Below are positions 17,011 through 19,194 of a stretch of 19,194 nucleotides of DNA, one piece after another. Both the position numbers and the translations under genes were made by a program. The notes beneath the pieces were generated by a model. It was not told the DNA's origin. It did not search any database and saw only the letters and a program-made list of their open reading frames with translations. Within the stretch, counting starts at the first letter, position 1, and each line of letters begins with the position of its first letter. Where the stretch lies: the NCBI GenBank assembly GCA_040905565.1, contig JBBDRF010000069.1:1-19194 (forward strand), read 5' to 3'. The DNA is from Phycisphaeraceae bacterium (lineage in GTDB: Bacteria > Planctomycetota > Phycisphaerae > Phycisphaerales > Zrk34).

Positions 17011-18078
17011 CTATGATGGTGTTATTGCATTAGGAGCCTCGGTTGATGACAGCTCCAATTCGTCTTCCTCCCGCTGATGGCCATGGGCGACATCATCGTC
17101 AACAATCAAATGGTCGATGACGTTCGCGATGCAGTCGAGCGGGAGGCGGGCTTCGGTAAACGCGATGTGCATACGCTCCAACGTCCAGGGATCAAGCTCG
17201 CTGTTCCGCGGTCCTTTAATGTCTCTCAGGAACCAGCCAAGGCGGCCACGCCGCTCGACTAGGCAGACCGCTTCGAAACGGCTCTCCTCCCACAGATAGA
17301 CTGCAGCATCGCCTTGATCGACTTTGCCGATGTAGGTGGCGAGGCAGCTGCGCCAGCGCTTTGCGAGAGATCGCAACTCGGCAGCCTGATCGAGGCGACG
17401 ACCGGGACCCACATGAACAGGTGGCAGGGCATCTGGTAAGGTCAGAGCTTCGACCATTCGACGTACTTTCGCCCTCAGCTCCGCGGGATTGGCAGCCGAC
17501 GCAAACTGATCGACCACAGCCTCGAAGCTTGGCGCGGCTCCACGATCGGCAAACAGGTGCAGGGCGTCCACGAGCCCCCTCGTACCGTCAAGCCAACTCA
17601 AGGCGTCCAACACGGGTCGACGGCGCAACCGATTTGGCAATGCATGGAGGCCGCAGACATCGATCTCATCGATCGTGCAGGCATGCCGTAGGACCTTGGC
17701 GCCATTGGGCTCGCACAGAAGCTCGATAAGATGACGATATCCCTCAGGCGACAGCACCGCAGCAGGTAGCCGGTCAAGCGCGCGGAGGAGCCCGGCAGGA
17801 CGATGTGCAAGGGTGTGATCGAGCACGTTTCGGGCCGAAGACTGCGCCAGTAGTTGGATAAGCTGCCGTGAAGGGCGGCCATCACCGATCGCAAGCACGA
17901 GCGCAATGAGATGCATGCGCTTACGGTCGAGCTCGAACAGGTGCATGAGCAAAGCGGGTTCGGCTTGCGCCATTTCCGCCACGACTGGGGCAGCCCACCC
18001 GAAGGGAGCGAGCAAGTGGCCTGGCTTGAACCACCCTATTTCTAGCTCCGAACATGGCGTTGTCAGACTTTGGGTCAT
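17011..18078 (-). CDS. Hypothetical protein with possible PcfJ-like C-terminal domain
   Basis: 355 aa with a strong GAGAGGAG SD. C-terminal ELRSLAKRWRSCLATY...GDAAVYLW...IKGPRN resembles the PcfJ pattern. Confidence 0.75.
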   Translation of the reverse strand: MTQSLTTPCSELEIGWFKPGHLLAPFGWAAPVVAEMAQAEPALLMHLFELDRKRMHLIALVLAIGDGRPSRQLIQLLAQSSARNVLDHTLAHRPAGLLRALDRLPAAVLSPEGYRHLIELLCEPNGAKVLRHACTIDEIDVCGLHALPNRLRRRPVLDALSWLDGTRGLVDALHLFADRGAAPSFEAVVDQFASAANPAELRAKVRRMVEALTLPDALPPVHVGPGRRLDQAAELRSLAKRWRSCLATYIGKVDQGDAAVYLWEESRFEAVCLVERRGRLGWFLRDIKGPRNSELDPWTLERMHIAFTEARLPLDCIANVIDHLIVDDDVAHGHQREEDELELSSTEAPNAITPS

Positions 18079-18191
18079 TAGCTCTCCTCTCGCTGTTTGG
18101 GTGGACAGGCCAGGTTGGAAGCAGGCGGTCGTGGCCTGATCGTCGGAGCCGTCGCAGTCCTTGTGTGACTAAACGGTGGTTGCCGCTGAGA

Positions 18192-19193
18192 TCAGCCGGC
18201 AGGCGGTTCAGGGGCCACTAAGGGAAGGCGGCTGCACATCGACCATAGGGGGCACCAGGTAAGTGCGCAGAACCGGTCCCTGCGGATGTTCTTGCCGTTG
18301 CAGACGTCGAGTTCGCCGATCGCGCAGAAGCGCCATATCGCGTGCTGCACCATACGGGGGAAGGATCGTGGGAACTCCGAGTTTACTGTGCGGGCGTCGA
18401 ACCGGTCGGCGAGGTCACGGATGATCGACTCGCACCCGGTTCGGCTGAAGCAACGCTGCCCGTATGGATGCGAGGCACCGTACGCGGCAAGGATCCCGGT
18501 GCGATGCAGGAAGTTATGCACCAGGCTATCGATGGCCACCATTGACTGGCCGATGGGGACCCAGTGAGGCCGGTTCGGGTCAGCGACAAGGAGCATCGAC
18601 AGCATCATGCTCATGAGCTTGCGGGAGACCCCCTGGACTTCGCCGATGGCATCCAGGAGAGCCTCACGCTGAGCGGCAGTACGGTCGGATCCCTCACCCG
18701 CCGACGCGATCACCGAGTCGATGAACCCGACCAGATCGCCAGCGCAGCGGTCGCGAATGAACAGGAAGAGCGAAAACGCCTGCTCATTGAGGATGCCCTT
18801 CCGCAGGGGCAGTGAGGGCACAGGGCAAGTCGGGAGCGTCTCGGGATTGCCGCATGTCCAGGCGGACTTACGATAGCGGCAGCCGCGGTAGGAGCCGAAA
18901 TCGGTGAGTTTCGGGCACCGGTGGTCTCTTGCGCCGAGGAGGGTTTCGACGGTCGGCCAATCGGCATTCCCGTGGTTGGCTATGTACGCCAGCGCCGTCT
19001 GGTCCGAGATGGCCTGATAGCTAAACCCGTCCATGAACCAGCGATAGAGGGCGGGGATGTTGCGCGTGGCGACGGCGGCAGTCACACCTGCAAGCCGCAG
19101 CCCCCGTTGTGTGTCGGCAAGATAATCGGCATTGCCTGGCAAGCTGGCGACACGGGCGATGATCGCCACCGCCTCATCGATGGTGGCGACCAT
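18192..19193 (-). CDS. Cys-rich hypothetical protein, probable divergent HhH-GPD/endonuclease III-like DNA glycosylase (may extend beyond the window)
   Basis: At least 333 aa. SYQAISD, HhH-like GEVQGVSRKL, AIDSLVHNFLHRTG and terminal C-x10-C-x4-CPL-x3-C. Confidence 0.75.
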   Translation of the reverse strand: MVATIDEAVAIIARVASLPGNADYLADTQRGLRLAGVTAAVATRNIPALYRWFMDGFSYQAISDQTALAYIANHGNADWPTVETLLGARDHRCPKLTDFGSYRGCRYRKSAWTCGNPETLPTCPVPSLPLRKGILNEQAFSLFLFIRDRCAGDLVGFIDSVIASAGEGSDRTAAQREALLDAIGEVQGVSRKLMSMMLSMLLVADPNRPHWVPIGQSMVAIDSLVHNFLHRTGILAAYGASHPYGQRCFSRTGCESIIRDLADRFDARTVNSEFPRSFPRMVQHAIWRFCAIGELDVCNGKNIRRDRFCALTWCPLWSMCSRLPLVAPEPPAG

Positions 19194-19194
19194 C

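Noticed and set aside
1..19194. CRISPR array, tRNA or rRNA genes
   Set aside because: No regularly spaced repeats or recognisable structural RNA genes were seen.

Overview
GC-rich window whose REP and IS types suggest an Alphaproteobacterium; it reads as an accessory island in four parts. (1) Left: a minus-strand SNF2/SF2 helicase gene (start 2569, runs off the left edge, missing from the ORF track), of the kind usually found with type III restriction-modification loci, followed by gene debris (nuclease-fold fragment, phage-type methyltransferase tail, possible IS110 end). (2) Middle, 3.6-15.4 kb, all minus strand: GntR regulator, TRAP transporter (dctPQM), a divergent diaminopimelate-decarboxylase-family enzyme, a class III aminotransferase and a hydantoinase/oxoprolinase A+B pair. 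An IS630 remnant and a REP doublet split this cluster, and each half has its own promoter/operator palindrome. (3) 15.5-16.8 kb: IS1380, IS21, ISL3, IS3, integrase and thermonuclease fragments. (4) Right: two co-oriented hypothetical genes. One looks like a very divergent Cys-rich HhH-GPD (endonuclease III-like) DNA glycosylase and the other has a PcfJ-like C-terminus; this pair is the best candidate for an undescribed system. All family calls come from motif recognition by eye; no searches were run.
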